64,000 nt of DNA, taken from Candidatus Obscuribacterales bacterium. GTDB taxonomy: Bacteria; Cyanobacteriota; Vampirovibrionia; Obscuribacterales; Obscuribacteraceae. Shown here in pieces: positions 9,206 to 18,512 of this stretch. The stretch lies in NCBI GenBank assembly GCA_965228855.1, contig CBDDIJ010000003.1:64001-128000 (forward strand). The letters run 5' to 3'. The notes beneath the pieces are model-generated. The model saw only the letters and a program-made list of their open reading frames with translations. It made no database searches and had not been told where the DNA came from. Position 1 is the first letter of the stretch; each line of letters starts with the position of its first letter. A program made the translations under genes and the position numbers.

Positions 9206-10594
9206 CTATTTCTTTCCGGCTAGACCAAAAATAGCGATTTCAAGATTGTTGCGTGCTTCGCTTAAATGCGGATTTAAGCGCAGCGCCAGTTGTAATTGGG
9301 TTACTGCCGAAGCGACATCACCCATGCCGTAAAGTGCCCAGCCCAGGTCATTGCGTGCATGCGGATTGAGCGGATCGAGACTTACCGCTTGCTGAAATTC
9401 CTGAACGGCTCCGGAAAGATCGCTGTTGGCGTGCAATGCGCGCCCGAGCGCTATATGACTGTCGGCCGAGGTTGGGTCTAATAACGTCGCCTGCCGAGCC
9501 GTTCTCAAAGCGCTCTGATTTTCTTTCTTGGCTAACAACGCCCGCGTCAATGCCACGTGAGCTTTTGCGGAATTGGGCATTACCGAGACACCCTGGCGTG
9601 CAGCTTTGACCGCGCCATCGTAATCCTGAACAACGACTAGCGCTTCGGATAGACCGGAAAGTCCATCAGGTGTCGGCTTTGCGTCGTTGGCCCGGCGGAA
9701 CTCGTCGATTGCTTCCGAGATGCCGCCATGTCTCATGAGGCTTTCGCCGAAGAACACTCGAGCATCGGCGAAATTCGGATCGAGCTCTATTGCACGCTGA
9801 AATTCGACCTGAGCAGCAGACTGGTCTCCCGCCTCGTCGAGCAGGCGGGCGAGCAATGTGTGACCGATAACATCATCCGGTCTGAGCGCGATTGCGCGCT
9901 TCATCTCGGTTGCTGCTCCCTCATAATCGCCGGCCAGATAGAGATGGCATCCGAGGCGGATGCGAAGCGAAGGGTCTTGGGGCTTGTCTGTCACCATTCG
10001 GCGCAGTTTCACCATCAGGTCGCCAACTGTGCGTAAGTCGGTGTGCGTCAAATCCGTTCTGAAGAGATCAACGAGCGTTATCTCTTTTGGTTGCTTTCTT
10101 GCAGAATTCGCCGTCTTTGAGGGGTTTTTGGATTTCCCTGATTGAGGTTTGGTCTGCAATTTCGTATCGCCGGCGCCACCAGTTGTTTCAACGCTCCTGT
10201 CCACCGCCGGGGTCTTCCTGGCAGGCTTTGCGCTGCTGCTGGTCGTGGTCTGGGACTGAGCCGTCGTTGAAGGGTCGTTCTGCTCTTGCGTCTCTTTGTC
10301 CTGGCTTGTTTGCTCTTCAGCCTGCTGGGCTCGCCGTTTCGCCTGTTCCTGCGCCTCGCTCTGAGTTTGTAAGTCTCCGGCTTCGTCACCCTCTGCAGGC
10401 TTTTCGTCTTCAGTACTCGTGGTTTTTGACTTGCCGAGCCGCTTTCCCTTACCGAATACAAGTGCGTTAAAGTTTCCGAAAGTGGAATTCTCCAGCATCG
10501 GAGCCGCCACGACAGGCTCTGTTGAAACCGAAACGCTGTAAGCAATTACAACGATCAGACCGCTGAATGTCGACTTCATCCATTGTGATTTCAT
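9206..10594 (-). CDS. Exported TPR-repeat protein
   Basis: Signal-like N-terminus, low-complexity linker, about 7 TPRs (e.g. QQAVSLDPLNPHARNDLGWAL). Confidence 0.85.
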   Translation of the reverse strand: MKSQWMKSTFSGLIVVIAYSVSVSTEPVVAAPMLENSTFGNFNALVFGKGKRLGKSKTTSTEDEKPAEGDEAGDLQTQSEAQEQAKRRAQQAEEQTSQDKETQEQNDPSTTAQSQTTTSSSAKPARKTPAVDRSVETTGGAGDTKLQTKPQSGKSKNPSKTANSARKQPKEITLVDLFRTDLTHTDLRTVGDLMVKLRRMVTDKPQDPSLRIRLGCHLYLAGDYEGAATEMKRAIALRPDDVIGHTLLARLLDEAGDQSAAQVEFQRAIELDPNFADARVFFGESLMRHGGISEAIDEFRRANDAKPTPDGLSGLSEALVVVQDYDGAVKAARQGVSVMPNSAKAHVALTRALLAKKENQSALRTARQATLLDPTSADSHIALGRALHANSDLSGAVQEFQQAVSLDPLNPHARNDLGWALYGMGDVASAVTQLQLALRLNPHLSEARNNLEIAIFGLAGKK

Positions 10595-10697
10595 TCGGAA
10601 AACCTCGGCTGTTGCCGCAGATGGCGAAATGAGGAGCTTAGCATGTTATTCTTGCACTAGCTGAGATGAACTTCCTGAAGCGCGTTTGAGAAACGGC

Positions 10698-11867
10698 ATG
10701 ATTAACACGGCCGCAAGGCAAACCTATATCACTTCTGCATACATCCATATCCCGTTTTGCTCGCACAAATGTGAGTTCTGCGATTTTGCTGCGGTGGCGG
10801 GATTGTCACATCTGGAAGACGAATACACAGAAATCATTTGCAAAGAAATCGCCGAGCGGACTGCAAAGATCGATCAGACCACTACACCAATTAAGCTGTC
10901 TACGCTGTTCTTCGGTGGTGGCACTCCAGGTTTGGCGAACCCGCATAATCTCGAGAAGATGATCAAGACGTTGGCGAAGACCGCCGAGATTGACAGTTCG
11001 CTTGAGTTTTCGATTGAAACTACCCCGCATGCCATTACCAGCGAGAAATTGCAGGCATGGAAAGACATGGGTATCAACCGCATCTCCATCGGGATTGAAT
11101 CTCTCAACGATTCTGAGCTCAAGGCGATCGGGCGTGACCATACGCGCGCACAAGCCCTGCAGGGACTTGAGTTGGCGAGTTCCACATTCGACAACATCAA
11201 TGTCGATTTTATGTACGGCCTTCCTACTCAGACGATTGAAAGTTGGCAAACTACTCTTAACGAGCTGGTTTCCATCACGCGCGAAAATTCTGCGGTCACC
11301 CACGTTTCATCCTACTGCCTTGAACTCGCTATCAATTCTCCCTTGCTGTCTCGTTTCCCTCGAAGTTCTCAGGCGTATCCCGCGGACGATAACATGGTCG
11401 AGTTTTTCGAAGCTTTATTGAAAACGCTTACCAGCGCCGGTTTTGACCATTACGAAGTTTCAAACTTTGCTCTTCCGGGTTTTGCCTGCGAACACAACAT
11501 GGTCTATTGGCGCAACATCCCATATCTAGCTTTCGGAGTTGGGGCGCACCGCTACGTTGGTGGAGTACGTAGCGCCAACTACAAGAGTCTCGGTCGCTAC
11601 ATGCGCGAGTATATGGGCGACGAAATGCACGAAGTGATCGATGACAGTACCCGTGTCAAAGAAGCCATCATGCTCGGACTTCGGATGCGGCGAGGGATAG
11701 ATGTGCTTGAGTTCGAGCGGGAATATGGCGTTAACTTGGCGAAAGACTTCGGTCGTCAAATTGCCAAGCTCGAGTCCGGTGGATTCGTCGAATTTGATGG
11801 CAGACGGCTCCGAATATCTGACGCAGGCGTGTTTATGAGCAATGCGATTCTATCGGAATTCATGTAA
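10698..11867 (+). CDS. hemW: Radical SAM heme chaperone HemW (HemN-like)
   Basis: YIHIPFCSHKCEFCDF, FFGGGTP, YEVSNFA, HNMVYW, YLAFGVGAH. Confidence 0.9.
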   Translation: MINTAARQTYITSAYIHIPFCSHKCEFCDFAAVAGLSHLEDEYTEIICKEIAERTAKIDQTTTPIKLSTLFFGGGTPGLANPHNLEKMIKTLAKTAEIDSSLEFSIETTPHAITSEKLQAWKDMGINRISIGIESLNDSELKAIGRDHTRAQALQGLELASSTFDNINVDFMYGLPTQTIESWQTTLNELVSITRENSAVTHVSSYCLELAINSPLLSRFPRSSQAYPADDNMVEFFEALLKTLTSAGFDHYEVSNFALPGFACEHNMVYWRNIPYLAFGVGAHRYVGGVRSANYKSLGRYMREYMGDEMHEVIDDSTRVKEAIMLGLRMRRGIDVLEFEREYGVNLAKDFGRQIAKLESGGFVEFDGRRLRISDAGVFMSNAILSEFM

Positions 11868-12055
11868 ACAGTTTCAGCCGCCCTCGTTACATTGAAATCG
11901 CAATCTCCGACTGGCTGCCGCATAGCGACTGCCTGCGTCAAATAATATGGTCGTTTAGTGGCGATAAGGTGGGGGTATGGAGATCTCGGCATATAAAAGT
12001 TAAAGCTCAAGAAGAACTTCTTTCAGATGCCGTGGTGACCGTCGAGAGGTTTACT

Positions 12056-13681
12056 TTGAAAGTCTGTCCTAAGTGCCAAGACGAGTTCGACGACAATGAA
12101 ACGGAGTGTCCCAACGATAAGACCACTCTGAAGTCAGAGCGTGATGCTCTGGTTGGACAGAAGCTTGGCAATAATCAACGCTATGAAGTGAAAGCCGTGC
12201 TGGGACGAGGCGGAATGGGAGTCGTCTATCGAGCGTACGACGAACAGACCGACCGGATAGTCGCGATCAAAATGCTCCATTCTCATAAGGTCGCTGATTC
12301 CGAAGCTCTGAAGCGATTTACGCGCGAAGCGAAAACTGTTGCTCAGGTCAAACATCACCATATTGTCACTCTGTTCGATTTCGGTATGTACAAAGCGCAG
12401 CCGTTTATCGTCATGGATTTTTTACAGGGCCGCAGTCTTAAGGACGAGTTGCAGCGCATCGGTCCGTTTCCATTCGACCGCGCATCAAAGATATTTACTC
12501 AAGTATTTGAAGCTCTCGAATGCGCGCACGAGCAAAAGGTCGTCCATCGCGATTTGAAGCCGGAAAACATTTTGCTGAGTAAGCACGGTGACGAAGAAGA
12601 CTGGGTGAAAATAGTCGACTTCGGATTATCGAAATTGCGCGACGAGAATCAAGAAGAAAATCACATTATCACCAAAGCTGGTGACGTCTGCGGAAGTCCT
12701 CCGTACATGAGCCCGGAGCAGTGCTACGCCACGTCGGTTATAGACCCACGCAGCGACATCTACTCGATGGGAATTGTTGTTTACGAGGTGCTTTCTGCGA
12801 AGCTTCCATACAAAGCTAAGTCGGCTATTGAGATGATGGACTGTCATCTTTACGCGCAACCGATTCCATTCTGTGATGTTGCGTCTGAGCTGAAAGGGTG
12901 CAACGAGACAACTTACGTTTTGAAAAAAGCACTGCACAAGGAGCCGGAAAACCGCTACCAGACGTGTGCAGAGTTCGCTAAAGAGTTAAGAGATGCCTTG
13001 CGTCGTGACTGGCCTAAGGTCAGATCGTATCGCTACCGGCTTGAAGATGTGACTTTCCAGGATCTAGAGAGCGAGGCTCAGGCACTGGAGACCGGCGAAC
13101 ATCCGGCGCTTGATTTTGCTTCCGTGGGTGCCAATGCGGTTCAAGACGTAATCAACGAGATGCGCACCGAGACCGCCGTGCACAGGAGTCAGGAGACCCA
13201 GCCGTACAGACCGCAACAGACCGTTCAGCAACAGCATCACGATGACTCAGAGATGGATGACGAGAAGCAAAGCTTTCTGCAGAAACTAATGTCGCTCTTC
13301 AGGCGTGAAGAGGACGAGGACGAAGAGGACGAAGTTGAGCCGCAGTTCGGCTATAGCAACTGTCCTTTCTGCTCCGCTCCCGTGAAGGCGCGCCTGCGTT
13401 TTTGCGTCAACTGCCAGCGGCAGCTACCGTCAGTTCAAGAATTCTCGAAATTGCGTTTGCAAAACGGCCGGTTTGCGATGCAAAAAAATATGAAACAAGA
13501 AGAACCCAAAGGCTTTAGCCGTCGTGCGAAGATGCGCAGCTCAAGCCCAGGTGCGTCGGCGTTTCAAAAGATGCTGACGTTTATTCTGATTTGTGCGTTA
13601 GGTTATGGTGGCTACAAAGCATACACCGACAAAAATTTCACTAAGAACATTCAGAAGATGATGAAGACCGCAATGAAGTAA
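12056..13681 (+). CDS. Hanks-type Ser/Thr protein kinase with zinc ribbons and C-terminal TM
   Basis: LGRGGMG, VAIK, HRDLKPEN, DFG, YMSPE; CPFC/CVNC near the C-terminus. TTG start follows GAGAGG. Confidence 0.92.
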   Translation: MKVCPKCQDEFDDNETECPNDKTTLKSERDALVGQKLGNNQRYEVKAVLGRGGMGVVYRAYDEQTDRIVAIKMLHSHKVADSEALKRFTREAKTVAQVKHHHIVTLFDFGMYKAQPFIVMDFLQGRSLKDELQRIGPFPFDRASKIFTQVFEALECAHEQKVVHRDLKPENILLSKHGDEEDWVKIVDFGLSKLRDENQEENHIITKAGDVCGSPPYMSPEQCYATSVIDPRSDIYSMGIVVYEVLSAKLPYKAKSAIEMMDCHLYAQPIPFCDVASELKGCNETTYVLKKALHKEPENRYQTCAEFAKELRDALRRDWPKVRSYRYRLEDVTFQDLESEAQALETGEHPALDFASVGANAVQDVINEMRTETAVHRSQETQPYRPQQTVQQQHHDDSEMDDEKQSFLQKLMSLFRREEDEDEEDEVEPQFGYSNCPFCSAPVKARLRFCVNCQRQLPSVQEFSKLRLQNGRFAMQKNMKQEEPKGFSRRAKMRSSSPGASAFQKMLTFILICALGYGGYKAYTDKNFTKNIQKMMKTAMK

Positions 13682-13736
13682 GTTCAGGTGCCACCATATT
13701 CGGTGACGCGTAACCTGGAGCTTCTCGTCGGAAAAC

Positions 13737-14036
13737 TCAGCTCGGGCGATACACGCCCTTCATGTTCTGTCCGATGCGGAAACCCTGAATCAAGTTGTGA
13801 CGCATCATCTGATAGAGTTCATGCAATGTCTCTTGATCGTTTATGCCGTGTTTGGTCGCGATGGTGTTTACTTGATCCATCGCGACAGCCGAAAAATAAA
13901 CTAGAACATCATCATGCACTTCGCCGCGACCCTGGTTGGGCAAGCGGAGAACTGCGCGTCCGAATTCGTTGGTGAATGCGTCAGCCAATTCGGCCGTCAG
14001 TAAATCCGAGTAAAAATTTTCTGCTTTCATTGCCAT
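13737..14036 (-). CDS. Hypothetical protein (99 aa)
   Basis: Protein-like composition; co-oriented 32 bp downstream of the UDG gene. Confidence 0.65.
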   Translation of the reverse strand: MAMKAENFYSDLLTAELADAFTNEFGRAVLRLPNQGRGEVHDDVLVYFSAVAMDQVNTIATKHGINDQETLHELYQMMRHNLIQGFRIGQNMKGVYRPS

Positions 14037-14068
14037 GTTTAGCTCACAGTTCCTTCGTAAGAGTTGGC

Positions 14069-14701
14069 TTACGTTGATAACCCTTCCAGAGCATCAAGTT
14101 GTTTTCTAACTTCTTTAATATCTTGCCACATGAGCCACTTCGGGCTGCCGACTTCACGTGAGTCATTACGCAGCAAATAAGACGGATGGAATATGGTCAT
14201 TACTTTAGCACCGTTCTTGAAATCAGACCATGTGCCGCGGACCTTGCTTATTGGGTTTTTAACTTGAAGCACGTGTTGCATCGCTGTCGATCCAGCCAGC
14301 AAAATTAGTTTTGGATTTACAAATTCAATTTGCGCTTCAAGAAAACCTTTGCAGGCTGCGGCTTCCGCAGGGGTAGGGACGCGATTGCCCGGAGGTCTGC
14401 ATTTCACGACGTTGCAGATATAAACGTCTCTGTCCTTATCAATGCCGCCGGATTCTAGAATTTTGTCGAGCAACTTTCCTGCGCGTCCAACGAACGGAAC
14501 GCCCTGTTCATCCTCGTTTTGACCAGGTCCCTCGCCGATGATCATTAATTTAGCTTGGGGATTGCCCCGGAAAAGTACCACGGAATTTCGCGTTTTGCAC
14601 AGATCGCAGGCACGGCACGAACGCGCTACTTCGTACATGGCATCGAGGTTTTCATAACCCGATAGTCCATTGAGATTTAATTGTTCGGTTGCATTCGTCA
14701 T
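14069..14701 (-). CDS. Uracil-DNA glycosylase, family 4 (4Fe-4S)
   Basis: CRACDLC, GEGPG, PFVGRAG, KCRPPGNR, HPSYLLR. Confidence 0.95.
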   Translation of the reverse strand: MTNATEQLNLNGLSGYENLDAMYEVARSCRACDLCKTRNSVVLFRGNPQAKLMIIGEGPGQNEDEQGVPFVGRAGKLLDKILESGGIDKDRDVYICNVVKCRPPGNRVPTPAEAAACKGFLEAQIEFVNPKLILLAGSTAMQHVLQVKNPISKVRGTWSDFKNGAKVMTIFHPSYLLRNDSREVGSPKWLMWQDIKEVRKQLDALEGLST

Positions 14702-14899
14702 AATTTTTTCGCTCGCAACATTTCTGATCGATCCGATAATCGCCGGTTTATTTGCCGTCGCATTTCAAAGTCACATCCAACTTTCGTTGCGATAGATCTT
14801 GGCGGCAAAACTTCAACGATCTATTTAGTCGATCGCGAGCAACGATACCTTAGTCGAATCTCCTCGACGCGGATCTAGTGGATATCGATTCTGTATGTC

Positions 14900-15901
14900 C
14901 TAGCCGACAGCTTCCGGAGCAATCAATTGAAGCGGCGCTGACATAGCTGGTTTTTGCAATCTGCGCAATACGAATGCTGCGGTCAATTCGTTTAGTGAAA
15001 CACTTTGAACCTGTCCGACGTTTTGCTTCAAGCAACGGCTTGCGACTCGGCCGAAAGTTTCCGCATCGCCGGTGGTCGCAAACGTTGTGGACAGATACGC
15101 GTCTGGCTGAACGCTCAAGGCGCCTGTAGACTTACCTGAGATAGATGTAGCCAGGCAATCTGCCGGGTCGATTATGAGAGCCGGATAATTGCCCATGCCG
15201 GCAAGAACGTTTTTCAGTGCTGCGTCCAGAAATGGATAGTGGGTGCAGCCATAAACAATGGCTTCGACTTCCTGTGCGATTAACTCATTCACATAAGGCT
15301 TTAGCGCTTCCTGCGCTTCATGCGCATCTCCAAGACCGGCTTCCACAACCGGTACCAGGAGCGGACATCCGATCTCAGTGACTTGAATCGATGTATCTAT
15401 AGAATTGATTATGCTGGAAAAGGCCTTTTTGCGCGCAGTTGCAGCAGTCGCCAGTACCCCGACCTTTTTGATGCCACGCTGCGCAATCAAGGCTGCGGTC
15501 GGATCGATCAGATCGAGAACCGGAACAGGTGCGTAGCTGACCAGTTGTTCTTTACCGGCCGCCGTACTGGTGTTGCAAGCCATGATGATCGCATCGATGT
15601 TGTGCTGCAAGAGCCAACTAGTAAGCTGTTTCACATAAGAAGTGATCTGACGGTCCGGACGGTTACCGTAGGGACAACGCAGTGTGTCACCTATATAAAC
15701 GAATTCTTTCTCACCACTGTACTCAAGTCTGGAGACCAGGCTGCGAAGCACTGAAAGCCCGCCCACGCCCGAATCGAAAAGGCCGATCCGCTTTATATTT
15801 CTCCAGGTCAACCCTGAGCACTGAATCATGTAGGTGATGGACTCCCTGCTGGGTGGGTAATGAGATTCTCTTCCGACCGGACGTTCTGATAACGCTGCCA
15901 C
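14900..15901 (-). CDS. murI: Glutamate racemase
   Basis: FDSGVGGLSV, PYG, MACNTS, GCTHYP. The true start may lie downstream of 15901. Confidence 0.95.
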   Translation of the reverse strand: MAALSERPVGRESHYPPSRESITYMIQCSGLTWRNIKRIGLFDSGVGGLSVLRSLVSRLEYSGEKEFVYIGDTLRCPYGNRPDRQITSYVKQLTSWLLQHNIDAIIMACNTSTAAGKEQLVSYAPVPVLDLIDPTAALIAQRGIKKVGVLATAATARKKAFSSIINSIDTSIQVTEIGCPLLVPVVEAGLGDAHEAQEALKPYVNELIAQEVEAIVYGCTHYPFLDAALKNVLAGMGNYPALIIDPADCLATSISGKSTGALSVQPDAYLSTTFATTGDAETFGRVASRCLKQNVGQVQSVSLNELTAAFVLRRLQKPAMSAPLQLIAPEAVG

Positions 15902-16024
15902 AGTCTTATCTTAGGAGAGACTCACCTCATTGCCTGTTAATTCTGATTCTCAAGCGGTTAACCCCTGGTAAATTATTGCTTGCGCAACTACCAAGTCTCC
16001 CCTTTTCGATATGGCTTCGAACCG

Positions 16025-18274
16025 CTAATTGCTCTTTATTCCGAGCCCTTTGTGTACCAGCGATTTTGCACGCGGAATGGTGCTTCCGACTTCCGTACCG
16101 AGGGAGTCGTTGTTGTCGCTGGGCGAATCTGAAGCCCTGTTCACTTTACCGGCGGCGACAGCGGAATGCTGTTTCAAGTAGAGAATAGCACCTTTAGTTA
16201 GCGCCCCTGCTATTTTTTCTTGATAATCCTCTGATACTAATTTGTCGCGCTCACCTTTGTGTGAAATGAAGCCCACTTCAGCGAGAACGGCGGGTACCTC
16301 GGCTCGGTTTACAACGTAAAACTTCGCTTTTCTAATGTTGCGATTGGGCGCATTTAGTTCACTCACTAGATTGTCGTGGATGCTCTGGGCAAGCGCTCTG
16401 CTCATGTCTGTCTGGTAGTAAGTTTCGATACCATGGATATCATTTGTGCTTTCCAGCGAGTTGATGTGTACGCTGAGAAACATGTCAGGCTTCGTCGTAT
16501 TTGTGATGGATACTCGATCCTGCAAAGTGACGAATGTGTCGTCGGAGCGGGTCATTATCACCTTGATTCCGCTTGCGGCCAGTTTAGCTCTGGTCTTTTG
16601 GGCAATAGCAAGTGTCAACTCTTTTTCTTTGACGAAACCGCGTTGCGCTCCCGGATCAGATCCGCCATGACCAGCGTCGAGAACGAGAACTGTTCCTGGA
16701 GGGGCCGTTAAACCAGCCACCGGATCGGCAGCTTCTCCGACTACGAATGAGAGTTCGTTCACGCTTCCTGCTTCGCCGGGGATGACTGCGACATTTTCGC
16801 CGGCAAGGTCGAGAACCAGGCGCCCTGTGTTTTTCGTCGGATCTGGTGCGCCGACACGAATCGCTTTCAAATGATCTAAATGGTCCGGTTGTGGAACTAC
16901 TGCGTCACTCACGCCGCGCTGATCTTGCAAGTCGATCACGAAGCGCTCCGGATTGTGCAGTCTAAAGCTCGTGTAATTCAAATCGCCTTTGTCCGGCGAA
17001 ACAATTTTGATTGTGTACCCTTTTGTTGAATTCTGCGTAAGAGCGACTATTGGAGGACGTTTTGTTTCTTCAATGGAAGGTTGGCTGTCCTGAGCGCTCT
17101 TCGACGCGTCTTCTGCCGAAGGCGTGTTTTGGTTGGTTTGTGAAACGTCCTCAATACCGGATGCTGTTCCCTTTGGTTTTGGTGCCTCGTTGAGGTCCCC
17201 TTTGATCTGATCGTTTTCGGGGGCGAGCAGCGCCTTGGTTTTGTCTTTGACTTTATTGAACCAGTTGTTGAAACCGGCGCCACCAGCTGTGGTTGCTTGA
17301 ACTTCAGCACCGCCTTGTGCGATTTCAGTTTCAGAAGACCTTTGATTGATCTGCTTTGGATTCATAGCCGCGACCACCGGCGCCGCCTTCACTAGCGGTA
17401 TGCGCTGCGGCGCCCGGGGTGGGGTTTTGTCGAATGTTTGTGAAACCCCTTTCACCTCAATCGGTTTCGAACCACCAGTGGTGGCGATGTCCAAGCTTGC
17501 CGGTTTTGCGGAAAGCTCAACTGATTGGTCTCGTATGATTTTGAGACCATGCTCTTCTTGTGAGTCGATGGTTGGCTCCGGCAATGCAGGACGTAAGCCA
17601 AGGTAGTCGGAGGACGTTCCTTCCGGCTCAGTTCGACCAGCCGGGTTTCTCGTCATATCTCTCGGTTGAGCGGTAAGTGCGCCGGGCGAACTCGCCGGCT
17701 GTTTATAGTTTGTTTGGTAAGCACGCCGGCGCCCGATACCCGGTGCCGCTGGAGGCATGTTGCTGGATGCCAGGGGGGCTGGCGAGGGGCTGGGTTTTGG
17801 CCACTTCACCACAAGACTTCCGTCGCCGGAGACGAAATTCACGTTCTTGAGTTTATCCGCGTTGCTCGAGACGATGGCAATTCTGAACACAGGTGGATTT
17901 TCTTGAAAACGTCCAATGCGGACAAGCTTGATGCCATCTTCCGCTGCACTGCCCGTGGTGGCTCCTGGAAAGTTGTGAACGTTAATTACCTTTGTAGACC
18001 CAGGGAAGACTACGTTATTGAAGTCGGCGACGAGAACTGTGTTTCCACCTTCTCCCTGTAGAAATTGAATTATCGGACGCGGCAGAGGTTTCTTGATCGC
18101 GGTTGTGATCACCGCAGAGCCGCGCGCGCGATCTTCTTTGACATCGACGATTGTATTCAGTCCGGCACTTGATTGCGCCATAACGGCGCAGGGGCTGCAA
18201 GATATTAAGGCGATTAAAAATGAGAGCTGAGCAATCCGCACGATATTCTTTTTAACAGGTAAACATTGCAACAT
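16025..18274 (-). CDS. amiC: N-acetylmuramoyl-L-alanine amidase (AMIN + Amidase_3)
   Basis: LHNPERFVIDL (AMIN); LDAGHGGSDPGA, EKEL, SVHIN, AVLAEVGFIS; adjacent to murI. Confidence 0.9.
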   Translation of the reverse strand: MLQCLPVKKNIVRIAQLSFLIALISCSPCAVMAQSSAGLNTIVDVKEDRARGSAVITTAIKKPLPRPIIQFLQGEGGNTVLVADFNNVVFPGSTKVINVHNFPGATTGSAAEDGIKLVRIGRFQENPPVFRIAIVSSNADKLKNVNFVSGDGSLVVKWPKPSPSPAPLASSNMPPAAPGIGRRRAYQTNYKQPASSPGALTAQPRDMTRNPAGRTEPEGTSSDYLGLRPALPEPTIDSQEEHGLKIIRDQSVELSAKPASLDIATTGGSKPIEVKGVSQTFDKTPPRAPQRIPLVKAAPVVAAMNPKQINQRSSETEIAQGGAEVQATTAGGAGFNNWFNKVKDKTKALLAPENDQIKGDLNEAPKPKGTASGIEDVSQTNQNTPSAEDASKSAQDSQPSIEETKRPPIVALTQNSTKGYTIKIVSPDKGDLNYTSFRLHNPERFVIDLQDQRGVSDAVVPQPDHLDHLKAIRVGAPDPTKNTGRLVLDLAGENVAVIPGEAGSVNELSFVVGEAADPVAGLTAPPGTVLVLDAGHGGSDPGAQRGFVKEKELTLAIAQKTRAKLAASGIKVIMTRSDDTFVTLQDRVSITNTTKPDMFLSVHINSLESTNDIHGIETYYQTDMSRALAQSIHDNLVSELNAPNRNIRKAKFYVVNRAEVPAVLAEVGFISHKGERDKLVSEDYQEKIAGALTKGAILYLKQHSAVAAGKVNRASDSPSDNNDSLGTEVGSTIPRAKSLVHKGLGIKSN

Positions 18275-18512
18275 GAATGTACCTTAACTTTCTAGTGCGG
18301 AGCAATTCTAACACTGACGCCAAGGCGCTCCAAAGGTTTCCGAGCGCTGCTTGAAAACTTGCGCTCCTCGAATTTGCCACCGCCGGTGAAGCGTATATTA
18401 AATACGCTTTGAGAAGACCACTAATAGATCCTGATAAATTACCAGAAGCTGACCGGCTTGCTGCTTTGCAAGCGGCGGACTCAGGCTGGTTACTAGAAGG
18501 GGAGTTTACGGA

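Noticed and set aside
10698..11867. Radical SAM gene as maturase for the GG-leader peptide
   Set aside because: It has HemW signatures (HIPFC, HNxxYW), no SPASM/RRE-like domain, and is separated from the peptide locus by unrelated genes.
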